Position numbers and translations under genes: made by a program. Shown here in pieces: positions 29,046 to 43,200 of a stretch of DNA of 64,000 bases. The first letter of the stretch is position 1, and every line of letters starts with the position of its first letter. Origin of the DNA: the human T2T-CHM13v2.0 reference genome, Homo sapiens; NCBI RefSeq assembly GCF_009914755.1, contig NC_060932.1; one strand, given 5' to 3'. The notes under the pieces were generated by a model, which was not told where the DNA came from, searched no databases, and worked only from the letters and a program-made list of their open reading frames with translations.

Positions 29046-30840
29046 TGGATTGGTAAGGACTTTGCCAGCTCTCGCATAGGTGAGAATTCTTCCCTATCTC
29101 TTCTTTTTGTTTTGTTCCCGTCTTTACAATCCCCCCTCCTCCCTCCTGCCCTCGGTTTTTTTTTTTTTTTTTATCCTTTCCTTTCTTCCCTCTTCTTTTT
29201 TCTTTTCTCCACAATAAACAAAAGCCTAGATAAATACACTGAGCCACTTACAAAATAAAAAGAGATGAGCCTTCCTCCTGGGAGATGTAACTGGTGCCAA
29301 GACCCATGCATGATATGGCCTGGGCTGCTGGGGCTGCACTGTATCCCACAGTTACCCATGGGCTGGGATTCTGAACCAGGAAACAACCTAGATGAGCAGT
29401 CAAATATTACTTAGACACCACAAGGCTCTGTAACATGGTGCTGCACTTATCCTAGTTTTTGAAATCATTTTGTTTGTATCTTTCCCACTAGATTGTGAAC
29501 TTTCTGAGAATAGAAGCTTGCCTTATTTATTTTAGGGATCATGTATGTGAATCACAGTGTCTGGACTTTAGGCTCCATAACTGCTTGTTAAAGTGAATAA
29601 TTATCTTCAGAATCATGTTTCTCATTAATTTTATTATGTTAATTAGAACAATTAATATTGTGTTACTACTATTACGTTATTTATTCTAATAAATTCTACC
29701 ATATGGTTTAGACTTTTAGAAAATATTTTAAATTGTGTGCTTAAAAGGAAATCATTTATTGAAAGCAGAAACTGACACTTTATATCATTTATAAGGAGAT
29801 GAAAAATAAATAAAAGACCAACTAAGAACATGTCTTTTATAATTTGTATGATTTGAGCAGTTTTTACCCTTATATTAGGAAATAATAAACACCCTTCCCT
29901 CCAGACTCTCCATCCTGAGATAATATGTCATTAGGAAAAAGCTGGGGCACAGCTGGGTCGTAGACTAACCTCTACTCTTTACCCAAGTGTGACCGAATCC
30001 ACCTGTGAGACATAAGAAACATTTCCATGATGAGCTCATCAGTTCAAAGTGGGTCTAATTAAAGCCTCATTTGCAGGAACTAATCATAGTTAGCTGCAAA
30101 TTGGAGGAAATGCTACTCCAATCAAATGCATAATTCCCCTTCCCCTATGAGTTAAGTTTCCTGGTGTTATGTGACATTTAGCCGTTGGCATCAACCTCAA
30201 AATTATCACTTTTGGGAAAGAATTATTGCATTAGGAATACAATTCTAACTCATGCTTAGTTTTAATAAAAACTTACTTGTTTTCTGCCCAGCGTCTCCCA
30301 ATCTTACTTTATAATATTGGCAAACTTTGATGTCAATTCAACCATTTTCTGTCTGATTATTGTATCCTGTGAACATGGATAGCAGTGGCTTCCATTTTTT
30401 ATTTAAAATGCTGACTTGACATATCCTTTCCAAAGGCTTTACTCATATTATCACATTTAATTCTCAAAGTAATCCCAGGAGTTATTTTTTTTGATGGTAC
30501 CACATTTACAATTAAAAATAGCAATAACAACAACAAAGCAGAAGTTTAGGATGAGTCAGTAAATGGTTCACATTTGCATAATTAGTAAGTAGTAAAGCTG
30601 GCTGGCATTAGTGGCTCTGTTTAGTTGCTCAGTCTGTACTGGTAATTAGTAAGATCTGCTGATTTTCAGGCCAATCAAGAGTGGAACATGGAGCAGGGCA
30701 GGAGCGGTCATCACATCAATACTTAGCATTTCTGCAAGAACGGCCTCTTACAATCTGGATGCTTCAACAATTTTAAGAACTGGAGAGGTTTGGTCAGATT
30801 ACTACCCTCTCTTAGCCATTCCAAACATAAGAGATCCTTT

Positions 30841-31135
30841 AGGAAAGGGGCCGGCAAATTATGATTATTAACATTTTAAGTGGTTGAGAAACAAAAGAAT
30901 AATATTTTATGATACATGAAAACTATATGAAATTCCTTTATCAGTATGCATAAACAAAGTTTTACTGGGACACAGCCACACATTTATTTTTGTGTTGTCT
31001 GTAGCCACATCAGAAGAACTGTGCTACATTAGAAGCACAGAACAACTGAGTGCTACATCAGAAGAACTGAGTAGTTGCAACAGAGACCATGTGGATCACA
31101 AAGTTCTAAAATATTTCTTATCTATCTCTTTAGTT
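30841..31135 (+). mobile_element. MER58B-like DNA transposon
   Basis: GGGGCCGGCAAA...TATGAAATTC...AAAGTTTTACTGGGACACAGCCAC...GAGTAGTTGCAACAGAGACC; internal CTACATCAGAAG-like triplication. Confidence 0.75.
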
Positions 31136-31392
31136 TGTTTCCTGTTTTGAGGTGCAGCCTAGTTGCTATCTCCTGCATGAAGCCTTGTTTAATATTTCTT
31201 GCTTTGTTTCTTTTCCCTCCTCTGAATATAAATAGTATAGCACCTACACTATCTAAACTATTATCTACCATTTTATTTATACTGCTAGGACTGAAAGGCT
31301 TTAATTTCATCTCTTCCAGTTGTGCTTGATGCTTGAAACCCTCTGTAACAACCCTGAACAGTAGAACTTTCTACTGGATGATGTAAGTATCC

Positions 31393-31520
31393 TATAGCTG
31401 TGTTGCCAAATATGGTACACATGGTGATACGCAGCTACTGAGCCATTGACATGTGGCCAGTGTGATTGAGGAATTCAATTTTGAAATTTATGCTAATTTA
31501 AATTTAAATTTAAATTTGAA
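31393..31520. mobile_element. MER3/MER33-like DNA transposon fragment
   Basis: GCTACTGAGCCATTGACATGTGGCCAGTGTGATTGAGGAATTCAATTTT...AATTTAAATTTAAAT. Confidence 0.65.
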
Positions 31521-31525
31521 CTCCT

Positions 31526-31668
31526 AGCCAGGCATGGTAGCTCACAGGAGGATCACTTGAGCCCAGGAGTTTGAGGCTGCAGTGAGCTTTGATCTCGCAC
31601 CACTCCACTCCAGCCTGGTGACAGAGCAAGACTTTGTCTAAAATAAAATAAAATAAACAAAATAAAAT
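31526..31668 (+). mobile_element. Short, internally deleted AluJ/FRAM fragment
   Basis: GCCAGGCATGGTAGCTCAC joined directly to AGGAGGATCACTTGAGCCCAGG; (TAAAA)n tail. Confidence 0.85.
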
Positions 31669-32446
31669 ATAAATTTGAGCCCCTGCATTGGAGAGTGAAG
31701 GTCAAAAAGTTCCCTGCTGAGCAATTTCCTAGTCTCAGCTGGAATGATTCAGTGCTAAGAAACTCAAGCCCTCCCCAGCGTTCCATTACATCTTTGGGCA
31801 GCTCTTGCTATTTGAACATCTTCATGGAGAAATGTTTTCATTGAGACATGTTTTATTGAGAAACATTTTCCAATAACTTGCATATGATTTTTAAAATTCT
31901 ACTATTTATGGCCACACAGAATAAACCTAATCTCCCTGATAGTGTCAATCTCTCATGTAAGAAGAGTGTGTACCAATCCACACAGGTATCTGCTTTGTTC
32001 TCTGAGACTGAACTGGAAAAATAAAGGGGATATAACTGAACCAGGTAGAATGGAGGCTATTTTATTGTTCCCTGTTAAATATTTTATGCTCAGCATGGAA
32101 ACTCTTTACTTTATTAGGGTCTGAGTCCTAGTGGGTGGCAGGGATTCCACCACAAAAGACCAGATGTTTCTTCTCTCTCTCTGCCGGAAGCTATGGCTCA
32201 GATACATGACCAAGGTTCTCTCTCTACCTTGAATTTGTAAAGAATGAGACAAATAGAACAGAGAGTAAGAGATAATTCATGGCACAGTGGGAAAGTTCGT
32301 CGACAGCAATGTTCTAACTAGACCATCCCTGGCTTTGAACCCTGGCTATGTTCTCAGTTTCCTAAACACTGAAAGGTCTAGTCCTTCATACAAGCCTGGT
32401 TCTTGACGTTGCTTCTGTTGACTCTACGACACACTTCCAGAAATTC

Positions 32447-32792
32447 TGTATTAGACCGTTCTTGCATTGCTATAAAAAAATACCTAAGATGGGGTAATTT
32501 ATAAGAAAAGAGGTTTAATCATTTCACGGTTCTGCAGGCTGTACCAGAAGCATAGCAGTATCTGCTTCTGCGGAGGCCTCAGGGAGCTTACAGTCATGGC
32601 TGAGGTCAGCGTGGAAGCAGGCACGTCACATGGTAAAAGCAAAAGCAAGAGAGAGAGAGAGGGAAGAGTGCCACACACTTTTAAACAATCAGATCTTGCA
32701 ATAACTCACTATTGCAGGGACAGAAACAAGGAGATGGTACTAAACCATTCACAAGAAATCCATCCCCACGATCCAATCATCTCCTACCAGGC
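32447..32792 (-). mobile_element. MST (MSTA/B-like) LTR, truncated
   Basis: TGTATTAGACCGTTCTTGCATTGCTATAAA...AGAAAAGAGGTTTAA...CCACACACTTTTAAACAATCAGATCT. Confidence 0.88.
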
Positions 32793-33534
32793 TTTTCTTT
32801 TCCACCTTGGCTTTCAGAAAGGGAAGAGATTTAGAGAACAGGTTGGGTTTCTGTGTGTAGATGTTGTTCCTGGGCCACAGACCTGAAATGGAGGGCTCTG
32901 GGATTGTTAGGAAGGAAAAGGAGCTGCAGGTATGTAAAGAATCATCTTCAATTCGAAGGCCACAGTTAAGGCAAGAGCTGTCCCTGCCACTTTGAATTAC
33001 CAATCAAATCAATAGATATTGAAAACCCAGAAGGAATTACCTGAAATAAGATTGTTCTTAACTGAGAAGTCTGGTTCTTCCAGGTGTTGTCTTGAATCTG
33101 TTGTCAGATAGATCCTAGTTCAAGGACATGTACTATGTGACCTTGGGCAAGTCATTGACTCTCTTTGGAGCCTCATTGTCTACATAACAGAAACAATAAG
33201 ACTTGGTTTACAGAACGTTACTGTGGGTACTAGCAATGTAATACCAGCCAAACCATACAGGAATTCCCCAAAGTGCCTTACAAAAGCTTGTGTTAGAGAT
33301 GTTGTTCTTTCTCCATCCTGAAAGCCCAAGCTCTGCACAATTCTATTTATTCTCTGTGACCCTGACATCAGACTATGTTTCAAGAATAGATCACAGTGTT
33401 TTTATCACAAGAGTGTTTAAGAGGTCCAAGAAGTTGAATGATTCATTCCAAAGCAGAATGATATTCTCCTTTGGGGGCAGGTATCTCTCAAGCAAGAAGT
33501 TTCTGAGGGTCTTGCAGCTCCATTGACAGTTCTT

Positions 33535-33538
<4 letters not shown>

Positions 33539-33571
<33 letters not shown>
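33539..33571. repeat. Poly(T)33
   Basis: Uninterrupted T run with no adjacent Alu or L1 body. Confidence 0.9.
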
Positions 33572-33573
<2 letters not shown>

Positions 33574-35538
33574 CAGACCAGCAAAGAAATGAATGAAGGG
33601 CTCCTTAAAGTCTAAGGTTGCACTCTATGAACTGCTCTGATAAGAGAAGGAAATCACAAATTATTATTGGAAGTGGGACATGTGCCCTCAGGGGACTCAC
33701 AGGCAATGGGCTAGATATAGACATAGGGAACATGACTAATTGCAGTGGATGCTCTCCAAAACAGATGTGTCCAAGACGTCCAGTGGGACACACAGCCAGA
33801 GGTGGTTTATTCTGCCAGGAAGCATCAGATGCAACTGGCATTTAAGTTGGATCTTAGGAGATTAAATCATTCTACAAGCAGAAAAGAGAAAATTCCAGAA
33901 TGGTTAATGTGGTTTATGAAGGCATATGTGAGGATGCAAATGGCAGGAGTAAAGGCCCAGGGCAGAACCAGGTCACACAGGTCACGAAAATCCTGCCACT
34001 CATTTCTGTATGCAGAACACACTGCTGAGTGTCTGACCATCTGAGAGCTCTGCACAAGTCCTTGTAAAGTGAAACAGCGATGTGTTCAAAATGAGGCAAC
34101 GCCATGCATTCTAGTGAGGGGGCTCCTACTCTGAGTGGGAGGTGGTATTTGATGGCCCAGTGGGTCCTTAGTGACTCTCACTCTACAAATGGGAAAAGGA
34201 AAGAGGAGAAAAGGAGGAGGAGCAGGAGGAGGGGTAAAACTAGGAGGCAGCTCTGGGAAATGCAGCAGGTTACCTATTCCAAGGAGGAGAAAAATGGAGG
34301 AAGGTGCTCTCAAATAGAAGGAAGTTAAGGGGTAACTAGAGGAGAAAAAATGGAATAAACTTGTATTTGACATTTAGCTATTTTGAGAAGCATGCAGCTA
34401 ATTTGTGGTGATTGCTTCCAAAAAGATATGGAGGCTTGATTGTTTCAATGACTGGTCTACAAACATAATGAACATCAATTATGTGCAAGATGTATGGCCA
34501 GGTCCGATACAGTGACAAGAAAGAAAGCAGCATTTTTTGAGTGCCTTTTATGTGCCCAACACATTATCACATTGAACCCTTACAAAATCTTGTCAGGGAG
34601 ATATGATTGTCAGCACTCTGTGAGGGTACAAAAACATGCAAAAAGGATATGAGTTACAAGATATATCAACTGCTATGCCGGCTGACTGCATATATCAAAT
34701 AAATACTTCTACAGGCCAGCTGAACCTCAGGCAAAGGGTCTGTTGTGGGTGTGGAGGGGATGCTGCCATGATCTATATGTAGGCGCTAGCTCCCAAAGGG
34801 GTCTGTGATTTGTGCCCTAAGTAATCCAGTCTTAATCTGCAAGCAATGAAATGTCATTAAAAGTTTTAAACCTGGGAATGCAGTCATGCTTTTTTAAAAT
34901 TCTGGAGGATCAATCTAGCAACAACTTACAGGATGCATTAGAATGGCGTAAGACAGGAGGCAGAAAAAACAGCCAGGAAGCAGCAGCAGGAATCTAGGCA
35001 GGAAATGGTGGAAGGTGATGAGAGAGCAGTGGAGATTAAGAGCAGGTGCTCAGTTCAAGAGCTGGAAACGTGACAGAACCAGCAGGATAAAGCGACGGTT
35101 GGAGACAAGGTGCTGGAGGAAGGGAGGAGAGTTGGTTGGCTTTGAGTCTGAGTTTGCATTTCAGAATGGATGACTGTCAAGCACACACAAAAGACCAAGG
35201 TAAGGGCAAGGAGAGCACCCACCTGGAATGGGCAGTGAAAACACATCTAGGCACTCAAAGACTGGATTATTTATGACTTACATAGTGAGAGGAAATCCAA
35301 GCAAAAGTGCCAGCTCCCCATCATCCTTGACCTACACAAGGATGTTGCCACAATAGGGGCAACCTGACTGCAGTCCAAGTTATGGGATGCCTAGTGTAGT
35401 AGGTGGAATAGTATCCCCCAAAAGTCATGTCTATCTAGAATCTGAAAACTGTGGCCTTACTCAGAAGTGGATTTTTGCTGATGTAATAATCAAAAAGAAC
35501 CTTGAAGTGATATCATTATAGATTTCAGGCAGTCCCTA

Positions 35539-36356
<818 letters not shown>

Positions 36357-37134
36357 AAATTCCATCCATTTACTTTAGGAATGTTGGCCTCCACAACTTC
36401 AAAAGAATAAATTTATCTTGTCTCAAGCCACCAAATGCATAGTAACTTGTATAGCAGCACTAGGAAGCTAGTGCACCCCATTTCTAAGGAGCCAATTCTG
36501 AGCTGTGGCTGCAGCTCTATTCTTCTATCATGTACTTCACAAGGATCCAGGGGGCGATGAGAAAGGTTCATGGTAGCCTCTTGGGGAGAGAGGGAGGGGA
36601 GTGGGAGATAGCTCGTGGCCTCGTTACAAGCCTCCTGCCTTCTCTCGTCCTGGGGGCACATGGTGCTCTTCAAGAATTATATTCACTGCAATTCAAGCTG
36701 TTGCCCATGTGAGTTTGTGCAATGTTTCCAAGGCACTGTGGTGGAGCCATTCGCCTGGTGATGATGTGCTCTGGAGCTAGAATCACTACAAGAGGCACGG
36801 CCTGGTACTTAGTTACAGAAGAGCCTGACCTCGCTTCTGAGATGGTCTTGGAATTCTCTAACCTAAAGTCACAGTCACAATTCTCTGATGCTGAGAATGC
36901 CTGAACCACAGATGCCGGGTCACATACACCCACTTAAGTCTCTTCAGCTGACAAGAACCTGGTTTAATGCACAATGATAACTGAACACACTTCCAATGCC
37001 TCTGCCACCTTGCTTATGGGCACAGCCTACCTGTGGCCTAGGTTTGCTTTGATCACCATCAATATTGCTTGAACCAATCCCCTGCTAAGGACTTCTTTGC
37101 TGACTCAACCACCCCACAGTGGCTAGGGATGTGC

Positions 37135-37460
37135 CAGCTCCCCTCCACCAGGTGGGGCTCTGATTTTTCCCCTCTCCCCACCAAGTGGGATGCTGATCCC
37201 TTCCCTCTCCCCCCGCAGGTGGGGCTCTGATCCCTTTCTTCTTCCGCCCTAGGTGGGTCTCTGATCCCTTCCCTCTCCCACCCAAGTGGGCCTCTGATCC
37301 TTTCCCCCTCTCCCCACCAGGAGGGCTCTGATTTTTTTCCCTCTGCCCCTCCAGGTGGGGCTCTGATCCCTTCCTTCTCCACTCCCAGCTGGGTCTCTGA
37401 TTCCTTTATATAACCCACCCACCCCCCACGGTGGGACTCTGATCTCTTCCATCTCCCAGT
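37135..37460. repeat. Minisatellite, ~34-bp unit x ~9
   Basis: Recurrent CAGGTGGGGCTCTGATCCCTTCCCTCTCCCC-like units; CTGAT recurs near 37160, 37193, 37227, 37261, 37294, 37328, 37363, 37397 and 37439. Confidence 0.9.
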
Positions 37461-40400
37461 AAATGAGGCTTTGATGCCTTCCTTCTCAGTGTATCAGTGA
37501 GGTTTACTCTCATATTGGGCAGATTCTTCCAGTGCCTAATGGCCTTTGATGTCTTCAAATTGCACAGCTTCATATTGGAGTCATTCCTCATCTCCCTCAT
37601 TTCCTGGGCTGCCCATGGATTAAAATGTCATGGTACTGGTAACATCTGAACCATGCTGGTAGTTATTCCCTTTGGTTCCTGTTTTAACCTGTCCAGTTGC
37701 CTTTACCAGCATGAGGCTCAGTGACAAGCTCCTGTAATATAAGGCCTCTTCAAACTCAACGGCTTAACTGTCCTGGTCATCTTACCATTTCCATGCACAT
37801 ATTTTTGAAGTTTGTGGTATAATGGGAGAGTTGATCATAAGAACTTGAGGCCACAGTGTCCAGATTTGACGTCTGTGTTTGCTGCCCACTAGCTCTGTCT
37901 TCTTAGATAAATTATTGAACATCTCTGGACCATGGTTTACATACAGGGATAATATAAGAACTGAATGAGTTAATATAAATCATCTAAAACATTGTCTGCC
38001 GCATAGTGGAATCCGGAACTCTAGGAATATTAGCAAGGAAGAAGATGACACTGATGGCACTGATGAGATGAACCCTGACAATGTCAATCCTGCCCACGTT
38101 TCCCCCATGCCTGTAACTTTGCATTATCCTCTAGGAAGGCACTTACTATCTTGTAAGTATTAAAACTGTCTATTTTTTTCTGGACCTGCATATTATGAAT
38201 TCCCTGAGGGCCACAGTCTTGTTTTATTTATCCTTACATTCCTGGCACTAGGTATAGTACCTGCTAGAGAGAGCTTTAGCAAAATTATTGTCCTCACTCC
38301 CCTCTTCACCTTATTAATTCTTTAATAGGATGTGCAAATGGGCCAGATCAATGTGAAAGAAAAATGAGTGCTTCAAGAATTTAAATAATTAGGTGGTATA
38401 AGTATAAAATATTTCTAAACCTAAACACTGAGTTATAGATTGGATAGCAATTATATGAGCAGTTTGAAAATATAAAGCCCATATTGTACATTTTTCTATT
38501 GCCAGAAATATATTGAGTAGAATTGTACAGTGTTTTTTTCCCTCTTTAGAGGTTATTTAACTCTATCAATCTTATTTTCAGTTTAATTGTGAAACCAACA
38601 TGCCAAACATACCATACATCCAAAAACAAATTTAGCCTTCTGAATATTAATTAACATTGTTTCAAAGAGACAGCCGCTGTTTATCATTGATTTAAATTAA
38701 ATATTGAGAAGGAAATTAAAGAGATTTTTATTTCATTTATTCAGCAGCAACATTACAGTTTATACAAATGAAGGCATAATTAAACAGCCTGCCATTAAAT
38801 TACAATCTGCATCTCATGTAAGCAAACATATTAAAATTGAAAATGCTTGTCATGAATATAAAACCAGCTTGCTTGAATAAGAATTACTCTGAATGTATGA
38901 TGCACATTTAAGCAATTGTTTTGTTTAATTTCCAAAAAGCACTGTGGCACTTTTGATGTGACTAGACTGACAGGTTGCATTAATTCTGAGACATATTTGA
39001 TAATAATGACTGTAAGATTACTAATAATAGCTAATGATGTGGTAATCCCTAGTAAGCACTTAATTCACACCAAGTAATTTAATTCATGAGGTGGATATCG
39101 TTACTATCTCTTCTAGAAAGTGTCTTTTTTGTTTGTTTGTTTGTTTGATTGATTAGTTTGAGAGAGGAAGAAATTAAAGTCATTAGGGAGCAGCGACGGG
39201 ACAAGGGGAGGGCACCCACTCGCTGTAAGCCCTGATGAGTATAATGTGCAAAAGAAGCGAACAGAGTCCCCTTGAGATGCTGTGGCAGAGAATCCAATGC
39301 TGAGAGTCAGGTTACAGTGGGAGCAAGAAGATACACAGGCCGTTCAGCAAAGTGAAGCTTCTAAAAAGAGACTAGTTCTGGGAATCACTTCACAGATGGT
39401 GTGTATTCACTTAAAGAACTAGTCCAGAATACATGGATAGAGTTAAATAGGATTATTTTCCAAAATTATTATTTCCAACAGAATTTCTTTACATTAGATG
39501 GATGACCTTGAATAGGTTACTTAACTCTGAGTTTTCACTTGCTTATCTACCAAGGGAAGATGATATTTACAACTCACCCCAAAAACCACGGTGAATAGCA
39601 CATGATAATAAATGGTGTCTGGTATCTAGTGGGGGCTCAAAGAGGACACTTATTCAATGCTTAAAAATTTAGACTAAAATTTAAAACAGCTTGCAAGAGA
39701 GATGTGCCCTCACAACTATGAATCAAGAAATAGTTCTGAGTGGACAGCATGGGGTCTCAGGGAATTGATCATCAGTTACCCTATCCCTGTCTTCCTTCCC
39801 TAGTCCCTACCTCCTTGATATCTGGTGGGTATGTTTTACATTCAGAATGGCCCCCAATAATGTATAATCCTTTTAAGGATGCACGATCCAGGAATGCTGA
39901 GCAGGGTTAAAAACACACAAAGTGGTAAAAATAAATTTTAAAAATAAATAAATAAATGAGCAGGCAGCTTACCCACAGCCATCCTAGTAATCACCAGATG
40001 GTAATTGCGGACAATGGATGTGGTGTAAAATGCATTGATCTGACAAAGCAAAATTGGACTCAGAGAAAATGCATTTAAACAAAGGAATTTAATGGTGAGG
40101 ATGTGTCTTGGGGAGGGAAATGAATCTTGTTCCCAGATGGGTCTTCCAATATGACAAATAAAAATTAAACTTTTATAGCTGGCATCAGGTTGGGTGCTGA
40201 TTCACGCTTCAGGCATCCAAAGTTCCTCTGCTTCTTTAGTAGAGCAATTGGTGGGCTTCATGATGAGTCAAGGTATATGGCATTCGGCAATGGCTGCTAC
40301 ACATTTAGCCCCAATGAAGCTCTCTTCTCTATAAATAAAATAATGCTTTATCTTTCAAGGATTTTCCTTTTCAAAGCAGTCTCAGCTATCTCCACTTTCT

Positions 40401-40580
40401 AATAATTCATGTATTCATGCCACATATCTTCCGTAGGCCCCAAATAGTCCCACTGGAGCTTTGTTGAGTGCTGGGAAGGCAGCAGTGGACACACAGCTAC
40501 TCCCCTCAGTGTTCACAATTCACTCTTCCAGAGTCAACTAGGTTTTCTCTTCAAATATTATCGGTTATGCCTTGTGTCAA

Positions 40581-40873
<293 letters not shown>

Positions 40874-40879
40874 TGTGTC

Positions 40880-43200
40880 AATTTTTAAATGACTTTATTG
40901 AGGTGTGATTGACATACAAAAAGCTGTACCTATTGAATGCAGAGCATGATGAATTTGTGGATAAGTAGACACCCATGAGACTATCATCACAGTCATTGAC
41001 ATGAATTATCCATCACCTCTAGAAGTTTACCCCTCCTCTTTTTTTTGTGTGTGTGAGTGATATAATACTTAATGTAAGATTTACCTTCTTACCAAAGTTT
41101 TAAGTGTACTCTACAGTTGAGGTGGTTTGGCTGTGTCCCCACCCAAATCTCATCTTGAATTCCCACATGTTGTGGGAGGGACCAGGTGGGTGGTAATTCA
41201 ATCATGGGGGCAAGTTTTTCCCGTTCTGTTCTCATTATAGTTAATAAGTCTCACAAGAGCTGATGGTTTCAAAAAAAGGAGTTCACCTGCACAATCTATC
41301 TCTCTCTTTGCCTGCTGCCATCCATGTAAGATGAGAGTTGCTCCTCCTTGCCTTCTGCCATGATTCTGAGGCTTCCCCAGCCACAGTGGTCTCAGATGGA
41401 GATGAGTAACTTGTTGGGAACTGCAGCAAAGGTGACTTTTCTTATGGTTTAGCAAAGAGACTGGTGTCATTTTGCTCCTGCCCTAGAGATTTGTGGAACT
41501 TTGAACTTGAGAGAGATGATTTAGGGTATCTGAGGGAAGAAATTTCTAAGCAAGAAAGGATTCAAGAGGTGACTTGGGTGCTGTTAAAGCCATTCAGTTT
41601 TATAAGGGAAGCAGAGCATAAAAGTTCAGAAAATTTGCACTCTGACAATGCAATAGAAAAGAAAATCCCATTTTCTGAGGAGAAATTCAAGCTGGCTATA
41701 GCAATTTGTATAAGAAATGAAAAGCCAAATGTTTATCCCTAAGATAATGGGGAAAATGTCTAAGGGCATGTCAGAAGTCTTCGCAGCAGCCCTTCCCATC
41801 ACAGGCCCAGAGGCCTAGGAGGAAAACATGGTTTAATGGGCAGGGCCCAGTGTCTCTGTGTTGTGTGTAGCCTGGGGACTTGATGCCCTGCATCCCAGTC
41901 ACTCCAGCCGTGACTGCAAGGGGCCAATGCAGAGCTCAGGCCATGGCTTCAGAGGGTGCAAGCACCAAGCCTTGGCAGCTTCCACATGGTGTTGAGCCTG
42001 TGGTTGCACAGAAGTCAAGAATTGAGGTTTGGGAACCTCCACCTAGATTTCAGAAGATGTATGGAAATGCCTGGATGTCCAGGCAGAAGTTTACTGCAAG
42101 GGTGGGGCTCTCATGGGGAACTCTGCTAGGGCAATGTGGAAGGAAAATGTGGGGTGAAAGCCCCCACACAGAGTCATTGCTGGGGCACTGCTTAGTGGAG
42201 CTGTGAGAAGAAGGCCACTGTCCTCCAGACCCCAGAAGAGTAGATCCACTGACAGCTTGCACCATGCCCCTGGAAAAGCCACAAACACTCAACAACAACC
42301 CGTGAAATTAGCCAGGAGTGGGGGCTATACCTTGCAAATCCACAGGGGCAGAACTGCCCAAGACCATGGGAACCCACCTCTTGTATCAGCGTTACCTGGA
42401 TGTGCGACATGGAGTCAAAGGAGATCATTTTGGAGCTTTAAGATTTGACTGCCCCACTGGATTTTGGACTTGCAGGGGGCCTGTAGCCCCTTTGTTTTGG
42501 CCAATTTCTCCCATTTGAGATAGCTGTATTTACCCAATTCCTGTACCCTCATTGTATCTAGGAAGTAACTAACCTGCTTTTGATTTATAGGCTCATAGGC
42601 AGAAGGGAATTGCCTTGTCTTGGATGAGACTTTGGACTTTGGACTGTGGACTTTTGAGTTAATGCTGAAATGAGTTAAGACTTTGGGGAACTGTTGGGAA
42701 GGCATGATTGGTTTTGAAATGTGAGGACATGAGATTTGAGAGGGGCCACGGGTGAAATTATATGGTTTTCCCCCACCCAAATCTCATCTTGAATTCCCAC
42801 ATGTTGTATGAGGGACCTGGTGGGAGGTAACTGAATCATGGGGGCAGGTCTTTCCTGTGCTGTTCTCATTATACTGATAGTAAATAAGTCTCATGAGAGC
42901 TGATGGTTTTAAAGAGGAGAGTTTCCCTGCACAAGCACTCTCTCTTTTCTGTCACCATGTGAGATGTGCCTTCCACCTTCCACCATGATTGTGAGGCCTC
43001 CCCAGCCACATGGAACTGTAAGTGCATTCAATTTTTTTCTTTCGTAAATTGCCCAGTCTCTGGTATGTCTTTATCAGCAGTGTGGAAACAGACTAATACA
43101 ACAGTATTTTTAACTATAAGCATCGTGCTGGACTTAAGATCTCTAGGACTTATCTTACATAACTGAAACTTTGTACCCTTTGACTAATACCTACTTTTCT
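40880..43200 (-). mobile_element. L1MA/MB 3' end (two pieces, 40880-41117 and 43101-43200, split by THE1)
   Basis: TTTATTGAGGTGTGATTGACATACAAAAAGCTGTAC ... ATAACTGAAACTTTGTACCCTTTGAC. Confidence 0.8.
41118..43100 (+). mobile_element. THE1 (MaLR) LTR-int-LTR element with a deletion across the 5' LTR/internal junction
   Basis: THE1 LTRs and THE1-int; perfect 5-bp TSD ACAGT at 41113-41117 and 43101-43105. Confidence 0.95.

Noticed and set aside
37135-37460. CRISPR-like repeat/spacer array
   Set aside because: The units are contiguous degenerate copies without unique spacers, the context is primate nuclear DNA, and there are no cas genes.
41464-42518. ORFs similar to those at 56.5-57.3 kb, suggesting a duplicated gene
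   Set aside because: Both are THE1-int remnants from independent insertions with different TSDs.
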